This document shows, piece after piece, positions 27,098 through 35,750 of a stretch of DNA of 50,171 nt (position 1 is its first letter; every line of letters begins with the position of its first letter). The DNA is from Myxococcales bacterium (lineage in GTDB: Bacteria; Myxococcota_A; Polyangia; Polyangiales; Polyangiaceae), in NCBI GenBank assembly GCA_025355005.1, contig JANXLV010000011.1, forward strand, positions 1 to 50,171, given 5' to 3'. The notes under the pieces were generated by a model. That model did not search any database, was not told the origin of the DNA, and worked only from the letters and a program-made list of their open reading frames with translations. The translations under genes were made by a program, and so were the position numbers.

Positions 27098-27723
27098 CTG
27101 GCGATCGCGATGGCGTCGATGCGGAGCCGACCGCCGAAAGCGTCCTCGCGCACAAAGTGAAGGCGGAGCTGCGGAAGCGCCTGCGTGCGCTGCGTCGCAC
27201 GTCCACCGTCGAGGCATGTCGGCAACGTTCGGAGAAGATCATCGCCGCGCTCCTCGCACGCGACGAGATCATCCGGGCGAAGAGCGTCGCGCTGTTCTGG
27301 CCCATCGAGGAGAAGCGCGAAGTGGACCTGCGACCGCTCGGGGATGCGCTCGGCGCGCGCGGCGTTCGCCTGGCGTATCCCACCATCGATCAAGACTCGC
27401 GGGTGATGACGTTTCGTTTCGCGACTCACCCTCCCGCGCTCGAGGAGCGTGGCATGGGCTTCTGCGAGCCGCATCCAGACGCCGAGGAGGCGCAGACGCT
27501 GGACGTGGTCGTGGTGCCCGCGATCGGAGTGGACCCCATGGGGCATCGCATCGGTTACGGCGCTGGATACTACGATCGCACGCTGCCCCGCTTCTGCCCG
27601 CCTGCGATCGCGATCGCGGTCGCGTTCGACTACCAGCTCGTGATCGAGGTCCCGAAGGGGCCGCACGACGTGGCAGTCAACGCAGTGGTCACGGACCTAC
27701 GCGTGATCGACGTCCCGCTCTAG
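27094..27723 (+). CDS. 5-formyltetrahydrofolate cyclo-ligase (MTHFS)
   Basis: ATGA overlap with the dam-like stop. Family motifs (VALFWPIEEKREVD, PAIGVDPMGHRIGYGAGYYDRTL). Confidence 0.85.
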   Translation: MTGDRDGVDAEPTAESVLAHKVKAELRKRLRALRRTSTVEACRQRSEKIIAALLARDEIIRAKSVALFWPIEEKREVDLRPLGDALGARGVRLAYPTIDQDSRVMTFRFATHPPALEERGMGFCEPHPDAEEAQTLDVVVVPAIGVDPMGHRIGYGAGYYDRTLPRFCPPAIAIAVAFDYQLVIEVPKGPHDVAVNAVVTDLRVIDVPL

Positions 27724-27749
27724 ACAGCATCGTCTCCACGCGTTTCTGT

Positions 27750-28172
27750 TCAACGCGTGCCGGAGGCGCGGTTCAGCTTTGCCTGGCAGCTCGCGCAGAC
27801 GCCGTACATCTCGTGCTTGTGGCTGAGGAGGCGGAAGCCGTGCTGGTCCGCGACCTCCTCCTGGATGCGTTCGATGCGCGGCTCCTCGAACTCGATGATG
27901 CTCTGGCACTCGACGCAGATGAGGTGGTCGTGGTGCGACTCCTCGTCCGCGAGCTCGTAGCGCGTGAGGCCGTCGCCGAACCTGCGCTCGAACGCCACGC
28001 CGCACTCCGTGAGGAGCTTCAGCGTGCGATACACGGTGGCGTAGCCGACCTTCGGGTCCTCTGCGCGCACGTCAGCAAGCAGCTCCTCGATGCTGACGTG
28101 GTTCGCCGACTTGAAGAACGTCTCCACGATGAGCTTGCGCTGGTCCGTAGACCGCAGGCCCTTCTTCGCCAT
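27750..28172 (-). CDS. Fur-family transcriptional regulator
   Basis: Start moved to internal ATG (MAKKGLRSTDQRKLIVETF). Winged-helix N-terminus. HHDHLICVECQ and CASC metal-site motifs. Confidence 0.85.
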   Translation of the reverse strand: MAKKGLRSTDQRKLIVETFFKSANHVSIEELLADVRAEDPKVGYATVYRTLKLLTECGVAFERRFGDGLTRYELADEESHHDHLICVECQSIIEFEEPRIERIQEEVADQHGFRLLSHKHEMYGVCASCQAKLNRASGTR

Positions 28173-28313
28173 GTGGTTCGACAGTAGCGAGCGGAAGTGG
28201 GTGAGGCTCGCCGCGGTCGGCCTGTGATCGTGCTTGTTCTTCGCCTTCAAGACTACCCTCCCCCTTGCCTGAAAACGTCGCTTCGAACGGTCGCGGCGTC
28301 AAGGCGCAAATCC

Positions 28314-29276
28314 ATGACGCTGGGCAGGCCGCGTGGTATTCGCCCATGCGTGGGCGCTTTCAAGCATCGATGGCCGTCGAAATGCGTCGCCGCCGTCTCG
28401 ATCGGCGTGGCCCTGACGGCCGCGCACGAGGCACACGCAGAGCCGCAGGGGGAAGCAGCGGCCGTCGCGCCTGCTCCAGAGCCAGAACGTCGACCGGTCC
28501 GCACGTCGAACGAGCTTCGCTATTCGCTCGCGATCGATCTCCCCGTCACCATCGCCGCCGCTGGCTGGCTCCTCGGCAGCGAAGCGGGCAAACAGGATCT
28601 CGTCCCGAGCGCGTGCGCCATCTGCGAGATCGGCAACAACGGCTCCGACCATCTGAACGGCTTCGACGCTTACTTCCGGCAGGCGTTCGTGCGGCGTGAC
28701 GGCGCCGCCGCAGACGTCACGAGCAACGTCCTTGGCTACGGCGTGGCCCCGCTGTCTGCGATAACCCTGCTCGCGCTCGCCGCGCAGCGTGACGACGGAT
28801 CATTGCAGAATACACCTATTGATTTGCTGCTCACGGCGGAGGCCACGCTCCTCTCCATGGACGTGAACCAGGTGGTGAAGCTCCTCGTCCCGCGCGAGCG
28901 CCCGTACCTGCACTTCGCCGACGCAGACTCCAGGCAGGGCCCACAGAGCGCGGAGTCCCGTGTCTCATTTTATTCACTCCACACGTCTGCCACCTTCGCG
29001 CTTGCCGTGTCCGCCGGGACCATCGCCGAGCTGCGCGGATACTCCATTGCCCCACTCATTTTTGGCTCCGGCTTGCTCTTGGGGGCCACCACGGGCTACA
29101 TGCGCATGGCCGCTGACAAGCACTACATGTCCGACGTGCTCGTGGGGGCAGGGATGGGCTCGCTGATCGGGTTCGTCGTTCCGTATACGTTCCACCGACC
29201 TCTACCTGGAAACCTCCGGCTTTCAGGATCACCGTTGCCCGGCGGCGGTCTCCTGGGAGCGTCTGCGACGTTCTGA
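28314..29276 (+). CDS. PAP2-superfamily phosphatase, secreted/membrane-associated
   Basis: Internal ATG at codon 40 of ORF 28197..29276 (MTLGRPRG...), then a signal peptide. PAP2 motifs KLLVPRERPY, SFYSLHTS, DKHYMSDVLVGAGMG. Confidence 0.75.
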   Translation: MTLGRPRGIRPCVGAFKHRWPSKCVAAVSIGVALTAAHEAHAEPQGEAAAVAPAPEPERRPVRTSNELRYSLAIDLPVTIAAAGWLLGSEAGKQDLVPSACAICEIGNNGSDHLNGFDAYFRQAFVRRDGAAADVTSNVLGYGVAPLSAITLLALAAQRDDGSLQNTPIDLLLTAEATLLSMDVNQVVKLLVPRERPYLHFADADSRQGPQSAESRVSFYSLHTSATFALAVSAGTIAELRGYSIAPLIFGSGLLLGATTGYMRMAADKHYMSDVLVGAGMGSLIGFVVPYTFHRPLPGNLRLSGSPLPGGGLLGASATF

Positions 29277-29286
29277 AGTACACTCC

Positions 29287-30588
29287 ATGATGCGCCGTAG
29301 CCTGGGTCTCGTTGTGATCGGTTTGGTCGCGATCGCGTGCAGCTCCACCGCGACACAGAGCGGGGACACGAGCGGCGCCGACGGCGGAGACAGCGAGGGC
29401 GGAGCGGGCGCGAACGACGGCGGCGTTCCGACGGACAAGGACAGCGGCGGTCCCGTTGGCGGTGGCGGCATGAGCGGTCCCGCGGATCCCGTCGATCTCG
29501 GCAAGGGAATGCCGCAGGTGCTCCTCGGCAGCAAGGGCGCGACGGCGGTCCTCGTTTCGCCCAAGGTGACCGCGCTCACCTACGACAACGACACGAACCG
29601 CGCGGAGATCGAGGCGTTCCTGCCTGCCTTCGCCAAGTCAGTCGCCTGGTCGTCCACCACGAAGGAGTATGGGGTCTCCGCGCTCACCGTCTCGGCGCCC
29701 ATTCACCTCACGGGGAACGCGCCCACGTCGATGACGGACACGCAAGCGAAGGCGGTTCTGAAGGCGCAGGCCCCACTCGACGCGAGCACCATCTACACGC
29801 TGTTCCTGCCCAAGGGCACCCTCATCGACGACGGAACGGGCGCGAAGTGCTGCACCGACTACGACGGCTACCACGGCAACTACACGACAGGCGGCGTGAC
29901 CGCCCCGTACGCGATCGTGTGCGCGTGCCCTGGGTTCGACGGCAAGGCGATCACCGACCTGCAGCAGATCACAGTGGCCGCCGCACACGAAACGGTGGAG
30001 GCGGCGACCGATCCGTTCGACAAGACGCCAGGGTACTCGCAGCCTGACAACGCGCACATCGCGTGGTCTCTGGTGACCGGCGGCGAGACCGCCGACATGT
30101 GCGCGCTCGCGGACTCCGCGTACTGGATCCCGTCGGACATGAAGTACATGGTGCAGCGCAGCTGGTCGAACGCCGCCGCATCCGCGGGCCACGACCCGTG
30201 CACTGGCGATCCCACGACGCCCTACTACACGACCATTCCGACGCTGTCAGACACGGTCACGCTCTCGGACTATGCCGTCACGACGAGCAGCATCAAGATC
30301 GCCAAGGGCGCGACCGGCACGCTGAAATTGAAGGTCTACGCCGACACCTCCACCGCCGGAGAGTTCAACGTCCAGATCGACGACTTCGCGGGCAGCGGCT
30401 ACATCACCGCAAAAAATCCGACCGCCACCTTCAAGTCCGGAGACGAGCTCGCAATCGACATCACGGTGGTGAACGCCGACCCCAACTACGCCGTAGCAGG
30501 CGGAGGAGCCGAGATCTTCCAGATCACCACCACCCCGTCGAACGGCAAGGGCCCATCCGTCTACTACTGGGGCCTGGTCTCCCAGTAG
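29287..30588 (+). CDS. Lipoprotein of unknown function (beta-rich)
   Basis: Signal peptide plus lipobox (IACSS). High GC3. No recognisable catalytic motif. Confidence 0.6.
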   Translation: MMRRSLGLVVIGLVAIACSSTATQSGDTSGADGGDSEGGAGANDGGVPTDKDSGGPVGGGGMSGPADPVDLGKGMPQVLLGSKGATAVLVSPKVTALTYDNDTNRAEIEAFLPAFAKSVAWSSTTKEYGVSALTVSAPIHLTGNAPTSMTDTQAKAVLKAQAPLDASTIYTLFLPKGTLIDDGTGAKCCTDYDGYHGNYTTGGVTAPYAIVCACPGFDGKAITDLQQITVAAAHETVEAATDPFDKTPGYSQPDNAHIAWSLVTGGETADMCALADSAYWIPSDMKYMVQRSWSNAAASAGHDPCTGDPTTPYYTTIPTLSDTVTLSDYAVTTSSIKIAKGATGTLKLKVYADTSTAGEFNVQIDDFAGSGYITAKNPTATFKSGDELAIDITVVNADPNYAVAGGGAEIFQITTTPSNGKGPSVYYWGLVSQ

Positions 30589-30642
30589 CCCGCGTCCGTT
30601 CCTGCCTTCAGGCGCACGACCTGGCCCGTTCCGCCCTGAAGC

Positions 30643-31341
30643 CTATCTCTCGATCTTCCTGCCGTCGGCTTCCCACGCGAGCATCCCGCCCTCGAGGAAG
30701 TTCACGGGCACTCCCTGCTCCGTGAGCGTAGCCGCGAGCTCCTTGGTCTTGTCCCCCGAGCGGCAATAGAGCACCGGCTGACCCGCGAGCATGTAGAGCT
30801 CCGCGAGCCGTCCCGCGATCTCCTCCAGCGGTATGTGCTTCGCGCCAGGCAATCTCGCGCGCCCATAGGCCCCCGCGTCGCGCGTATCCACCGGCACCAC
30901 AGCGCCCTGCTTCAGGAGCTCCGCGAGCTCCGCTGGCTTCAGCGCGCCCTGCATCCGCGGCAGGAACGGCTCCACCATGGCGCGCATCTCCTTGCGGCCG
31001 ATGGGCCCGGCCTGCGCGTCCGCGATCTTCTGCTCCGCGAAGAGCATGAACGTGGGCACGGTCTGCACGCGGAGTTGCCGCGCGATGACGGGCGACTTCT
31101 CCACGTCGATCTTGACGACCTTCACCTTGCCCGCCATCTCGCTCGCGAACGCGGCCAGATCTGGCGCGATCGCCTTGCACGGCTGTGAGCGCTCCATGAC
31201 GAGCACCATGAGCACGGGCACCTCGCTCGTGAGGACCACGCTCTCGAAGTCGCGCTCCGTCACAAAGGGGACGTCTGCGCCCGCACTGCCGCCACCACCG
31301 CCACTGCCCGGACCGCCGAGGGGTCCACCGATGAGAGTCAT
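30643..31341 (-). CDS. Thioredoxin-like domain fused to rhodanese domain
   Basis: N-terminal Trx-fold region with a single Cys (SQPCK, no CxxC). C-terminal rhodanese active-site loop CRSGDKT. ATGA overlap with the upstream permease gene. Confidence 0.7.
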   Translation of the reverse strand: MTLIGGPLGGPGSGGGGGSAGADVPFVTERDFESVVLTSEVPVLMVLVMERSQPCKAIAPDLAAFASEMAGKVKVVKIDVEKSPVIARQLRVQTVPTFMLFAEQKIADAQAGPIGRKEMRAMVEPFLPRMQGALKPAELAELLKQGAVVPVDTRDAGAYGRARLPGAKHIPLEEIAGRLAELYMLAGQPVLYCRSGDKTKELAATLTEQGVPVNFLEGGMLAWEADGRKIER

Positions 31342-32339
31342 GGCGTGTTCTTATCACTCCTCGTGCGCGGATCCAGAGCGTCTCGCAGGGCCTCACCCAG
31401 CACGTTGAACGAAAGCACTGCGATGATGAGGAGCGCGCCCGGGAAGATCAGCATCCACCAGGCCGTGGGGTTGTCGCGCACCTCGCTCAGCATCTCGCCC
31501 CACGAGGCCACGCTGTTGTCGTGGCCGGCGCGAAGGAACGTGAGGGACGCCTCCGCCAGCATCACGGAGCCCAGACCAAACGTGGCGCTGACGATGGCGG
31601 CCGTGCGCGCGTTCGGGAACACGTGGTTCAAGAGCACGCGGAGCGGCGTCGCGCCGAGCGCCTTGGCCGCTAGCGCGAAATCGGAGCTCTTCGCGAGCCT
31701 CACCTCCGCGCGCGTCAGCTTCGTCACCTCGGCCCAGCGCGACAGCACGATCGCCATGAAGAGCGTGCTCACGGTGGGCCGCGGCACCATCGCCTGCACG
31801 CCGATGGCGAGGACCAGCGTGGGGAACGAAGACATGGTCTCCACCGCGCGCGTCACGATCGCATCGAGTGTCCCGCCGAAGAAGCCCGTGAAGGCTCCAA
31901 GGAACAGGCCCACCATCACGAACACGAACGTGGATAGCACCGCGAACGACAGCGTGGTCCGCGTGCCGTGCACCGTGCGCGCGAAGACGTCACGACCGAC
32001 CGCGTCCGTTCCGAGCATGTGACCTGGCGCCATGGGCGGAAGCAGCGCCTCTGCCGGCGCCTCATCCAGCGGGCCGTGGCACGTCACCGGTGTGAGATAG
32101 ACGTGGCCGGCCTTCTGGATGTCGTCGCACGACAGGCCGTCTAGCTCCTTCGGGTGGGTCACGTTCGGTAGCACCCACAGCTGTTGATGATAGTTGCACA
32201 ATACAGGCAATGGGCTCGCCAGGAGGTCGGCGAAGATGGTGACGAACGCCAGGAACAGCACAGCGATGGCCGCAGCGCGCGCCGTGTTCTTCTTGCGCAT
32301 GCGCGTGAGCGCGCCGCGGAATCCAAGCGTGAAGCTCAC
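31338..32339 (-). CDS. ABC transporter permease, OppC/DppC-like
   Basis: N-terminal TM, periplasmic loop, 5 further TMs. EAA-like loop SRWAEVTKLTRAEVRLAKSSDFALAAKALGA. Confidence 0.85.
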   Translation of the reverse strand: MSFTLGFRGALTRMRKKNTARAAAIAVLFLAFVTIFADLLASPLPVLCNYHQQLWVLPNVTHPKELDGLSCDDIQKAGHVYLTPVTCHGPLDEAPAEALLPPMAPGHMLGTDAVGRDVFARTVHGTRTTLSFAVLSTFVFVMVGLFLGAFTGFFGGTLDAIVTRAVETMSSFPTLVLAIGVQAMVPRPTVSTLFMAIVLSRWAEVTKLTRAEVRLAKSSDFALAAKALGATPLRVLLNHVFPNARTAAIVSATFGLGSVMLAEASLTFLRAGHDNSVASWGEMLSEVRDNPTAWWMLIFPGALLIIAVLSFNVLGEALRDALDPRTRSDKNTP

Positions 32340-33868
32340 AGTTCACCCGAATGGAGCGCGGTGTCGCGCGCGCGCGGATCCAGGATGCTGGTCGCCAGGT
32401 CGCTGGCGATGAGCATCAGCATGGTCATGACGGCCGAGAACAGCACGACGGCCACGAGCCACGCGGCGTCGTGTGTCTCGATCGCGCGCAGGGTCTCCCA
32501 GCCGAGGCCCTGGATGCCGAAGACCTCCTCCACGACGAACGTGCTGCCGAGCATCAGCGGGAACTGCAGGCCCGCGAGCGTGGTGGTGGAGACGATCGCG
32601 TTCCGGAGCGCATGCACCACGAGCACGCGGAACGTGGAAACACCCTTTGCGCGCGCGGTGCGCACGTAGTCGAGCGAGAGGACCTCCGCCATGCTGCCGC
32701 GCTGGTGGCGCGAGAGCGCGGCGGCCCCACCGGCCGTGAGCGTGAGGATCGGCACCGCGAGCCCGAGCAGATTGTCCCGCGCGAAGAGGCCCGAGAGCGC
32801 CTGCGCGAGGACGAAGACCGGAATCGAATAGACCAGGAGGAGGAGGAGCGCGAAGGTGGCGTCCACGGCCTTTCCACGCCGCCATGCGCTGAGCACGCCT
32901 ACGGGGATCGCTACGAGGTACGACGCCAGCATGGCTATGAAGGTGAGCGCGAACGTCACGGGCGCGCGCGCGATGAGCTTCTCGTTGATGGGCACGCCGT
33001 CGCGCGTGGAGAGACCCAGCTGCGAGGTGACGGCGCCCAGCATCCAGCGCCCGTAGCGCGTGTCCGTGACGCTGGCGGCGACCTTGGTGGCGCCGTCGTA
33101 CGCGACATAGTCCGAGCGGTGGATGAACCACCAGGAGCGCCAGTCCTCCTCGGCGCGTACGAAGGCCGCGGCTGGCGCACCTTCGTCCGGGACGATGCCG
33201 CGGCCCGACGCCCGCGCCGCCACGCTCATGAGCCTGCGCAGCGCGGCCAGATCCGTGACGCGCGGCATCGCCTCGATGACGGTGGCGAGCGCGAATGTGT
33301 CCACCTGCGACAGCTCCGTCTCGCGCTGCGTGGAGTCGCGGACGATCAGCCGGTCCACGGTCCGGCGCACGCTGGGCTCCGTGAAGTCAGTGGAGTGCTC
33401 GTCCCAGTAGCGCGTCCAGAAGATGGGCGCGGACGCTGGATCTCGCAGCGCCACTGCGTCGCCTTGACCCATGCGCACCGCCACGGGCGCGAGCGCGACC
33501 GCGACGCGACTCTTTGCGGCCGCCGGCATCGTGTCGATCTGCGGCATGATGAACGGAAGCGCCGCGCCACCGAGCCGCGCCAGGCGCGCAGCCGCTACCT
33601 CGCGCTGCTCGTCGTCGGCCACGAGGTGGAAGAGGATCTCGTCCGTGCGACCGTGGATGTCGAGCGGCTGCGTGTTGAAGAACCGCGGGAGGTCGACGAA
33701 GCGCGCGCGCGCTCGATCCTCTTCCGCGAGGACGTTCTCCGGGTCGACCTTGCCGAGATCCGCGGGCGGCGGCACCTCGATGAGCGTCGTCAGCAAGAAG
33801 ACGACCAGGCTGATCCCGAAGAGCGTCGGAATCGCCCACAAAACACGCCTGATGGCGTACGCGAACAT
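32336..33868 (-). CDS. ABC transporter permease, OppB/DppB-like, with unusually long periplasmic insertion
   Basis: Start MFAYAIRRVLWAIPTLFGISLVVFLL. EAA loop LDYVRTARAKGVSTFRVLVVHALRNA. 510 aa versus ~310-340 typical. ATGA-type overlap with the downstream permease. Confidence 0.85.
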   Translation of the reverse strand: MFAYAIRRVLWAIPTLFGISLVVFLLTTLIEVPPPADLGKVDPENVLAEEDRARARFVDLPRFFNTQPLDIHGRTDEILFHLVADDEQREVAAARLARLGGAALPFIMPQIDTMPAAAKSRVAVALAPVAVRMGQGDAVALRDPASAPIFWTRYWDEHSTDFTEPSVRRTVDRLIVRDSTQRETELSQVDTFALATVIEAMPRVTDLAALRRLMSVAARASGRGIVPDEGAPAAAFVRAEEDWRSWWFIHRSDYVAYDGATKVAASVTDTRYGRWMLGAVTSQLGLSTRDGVPINEKLIARAPVTFALTFIAMLASYLVAIPVGVLSAWRRGKAVDATFALLLLLVYSIPVFVLAQALSGLFARDNLLGLAVPILTLTAGGAAALSRHQRGSMAEVLSLDYVRTARAKGVSTFRVLVVHALRNAIVSTTTLAGLQFPLMLGSTFVVEEVFGIQGLGWETLRAIETHDAAWLVAVVLFSAVMTMLMLIASDLATSILDPRARDTALHSGEL

Positions 33869-33920
33869 CGGCGTGGGAGCTTAGCCCAACGCGCGCATCG
33901 TGGCGGACTAAGCGCGCCTC

Positions 33921-35732
33921 GTGGCCTTCCCAGGCATCTGGGTTCGGTCTAAGACGGTCCTCATGCAAGCCATCATCAATCGCGCTCGCGCCTGGCTCGA
34001 CGGCGACCCGGATCCCGAGACGCGCCGTGAGCTCACCGCTCTGCTCGCAGAGCCCGAGGCGAATCGCGTGGAGCTCGCGGACAGGTTCGCCGGTCCGCTG
34101 GAGTTCGGGACGGCGGGCCTGCGCGGCGTGATCGGTGCGGGCGAGAATCGCATGAACCGCGCGGTGGTGCGTCGCACGACATACGGCCTGGGGCAGGAGG
34201 TCCTTGCCCTTGCAACGAAGCAGCCCGAGTGGTCGAACGCCTCCGGTGACGCGCCGGTTGTCGTCATCGGCTACGACGGGCGAAGGCAGAGCGACGTCTT
34301 CGCGCGAGACGCGGCGATGGTGCTCACCCGGATGGGCATCGGCGTGCGCCTCTTCTCGGCGTGCGGTCCCACTCCGCTGACAGCGTTCACGGTGACGAGG
34401 CTGCACGCCTCCGCGGGCATCATGGTCACGGCCAGCCACAACCCGCCCGAGTACAACGGCTACAAGGTCTACTGGAAGAGCGGCGCGCAGATCGTGCCTC
34501 CGGTGGATGCCGACATCAAGCAGCGCATCGACTCGGCGCCTGCCGCGAAGGAGATCGCGCTCGACGATCTCGAGGGCGCGCTCGGCGACAAGCGTCTGCA
34601 GATGCTCGGCCCGGAGGCGTGGGATGCCTACAAGGTCGGCGTCCTCGGGCTCGGTCGCAAAGGCGGCGATCGCAGCCTTCGCATCGTGTACACGGCGATG
34701 CACGGCGTGGGAAACCAGCTCGCGATGGCGGCGCTCGCGGAGGCCGGCTTTCCGAACGTGACCAGCGTGCCCGAGCAGAAGAATCCCGACGGCGCGTTTC
34801 CCACCGTCGCGTTCCCCAACCCGGAGGAGAAGGGCGCCATGGACCTCTCGTTCGCCCTCGCACGCAAGGAGAGCGCGGACCTGGTGCTCGCGAACGACCC
34901 GGACGCGGACCGGCTCGCGGTCGCGGTGCCGCAGGCAGGGTCGCCCACGGGATACATGCAGCTTACAGGTAACGAGGTAGGCGTCCTGCTCGGTCACCAC
35001 GTGCTCACGCGCGATCCCGAGGACTCGAGCCACTCACGCGTCGCGCTCGCGTCCATCGTGTCGTCGCCCATGCTCGGCGTGATCGCACGCGCCCTGGGTG
35101 TGCGCTACGAGGAGACGCTGACCGGCTTCAAGTGGATCGAGCACCGCGCCATGCAGATCGAGGCGGAGCGCGGCGCGAAGCTGGCGTTCGGCTTCGAGGA
35201 GGCGCTGGGCTACACCGTGGGCACGCTGGTGCGCGACAAGGACGGCATCAGCGCGGCGCTGGTGTTCGCGGAGCTCGTCGCGCAGCTGCGCGCGGAAGGA
35301 AAGACCGTGCAAGACAGGCTCGAGGAGCTCTTCCGCCGCTTCGGGCTGTTCGTGAGCACGCAGGTGAACGTGACCAAGAAGGGCCCGGATGGGTCGAAGG
35401 AGATCGGCGCGATCATGCAGAAGCTCCGCGCGCACCCGCCCACGGAGCTCGGTGGTCTGGCCGTGGTTGGTCACGCCGACTACGACTCCGGCTTGCGCAC
35501 CAAGAAGGACGGGACCAAGGAGTCGCTCGGGCTGCCCCCATCCAACGTGCTCGCCTACGATCTGGATGGCGGGAGCCGCGTCATCGCGCGTCCAAGCGGC
35601 ACGGAGCCGAAGGTGAAGTTCTACTTCGACGTGTGCATGGCCATGCGCGAGGGCGAGCCCATGGCCGACGCGCAGGCGCGAGCAAAGGAGACGCTCGAAC
35701 GCGTGCGCGACTCCTTCACGGCGCTCGTCTAG
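33921..35732 (+). CDS. Phosphoglucomutase/phosphomannomutase-family phospho-sugar mutase
   Basis: Active-site loop TASHNPPEYNGYKVY. Metal-binding and sugar-binding loops. Alternative ATG start at 33963 (MQAIINRARAWL). Confidence 0.85.
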   Translation: MAFPGIWVRSKTVLMQAIINRARAWLDGDPDPETRRELTALLAEPEANRVELADRFAGPLEFGTAGLRGVIGAGENRMNRAVVRRTTYGLGQEVLALATKQPEWSNASGDAPVVVIGYDGRRQSDVFARDAAMVLTRMGIGVRLFSACGPTPLTAFTVTRLHASAGIMVTASHNPPEYNGYKVYWKSGAQIVPPVDADIKQRIDSAPAAKEIALDDLEGALGDKRLQMLGPEAWDAYKVGVLGLGRKGGDRSLRIVYTAMHGVGNQLAMAALAEAGFPNVTSVPEQKNPDGAFPTVAFPNPEEKGAMDLSFALARKESADLVLANDPDADRLAVAVPQAGSPTGYMQLTGNEVGVLLGHHVLTRDPEDSSHSRVALASIVSSPMLGVIARALGVRYEETLTGFKWIEHRAMQIEAERGAKLAFGFEEALGYTVGTLVRDKDGISAALVFAELVAQLRAEGKTVQDRLEELFRRFGLFVSTQVNVTKKGPDGSKEIGAIMQKLRAHPPTELGGLAVVGHADYDSGLRTKKDGTKESLGLPPSNVLAYDLDGGSRVIARPSGTEPKVKFYFDVCMAMREGEPMADAQARAKETLERVRDSFTALV

Positions 35733-35750
35733 TTCACGGCGCTCGTCTAG
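35715..35750. repeat. Perfect 18-bp tandem duplication ttcacggcgctcgtctag x2 spanning the stop codons of two convergent genes
   Basis: Copy 1 supplies the TAG of the mutase gene. Copy 2 supplies the TAG (as CTA on the + strand) of the convergent porin-like gene. Confidence 0.75.

Noticed and set aside
26009-27217. 402-aa minus-strand ORF
   Set aside because: It is antisense to the Dam MTase (KWAGGK...DPPY) and the MVP 3' end.
28173-28313. Fur box upstream of the fur-family gene / divergent PAP2 gene
   Set aside because: No AT-rich GATAATGATAATCATTATC-like 19-mer is visible in this GC-rich intergenic region. The regulator may be a Zur/PerR-type with a different operator.
33387-35033. 548-aa minus-strand ORF
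   Set aside because: It is antisense to the phosphoglucomutase-family gene (TASHNPPEYNGYKVY active site on the plus strand) and to the permease upstream.
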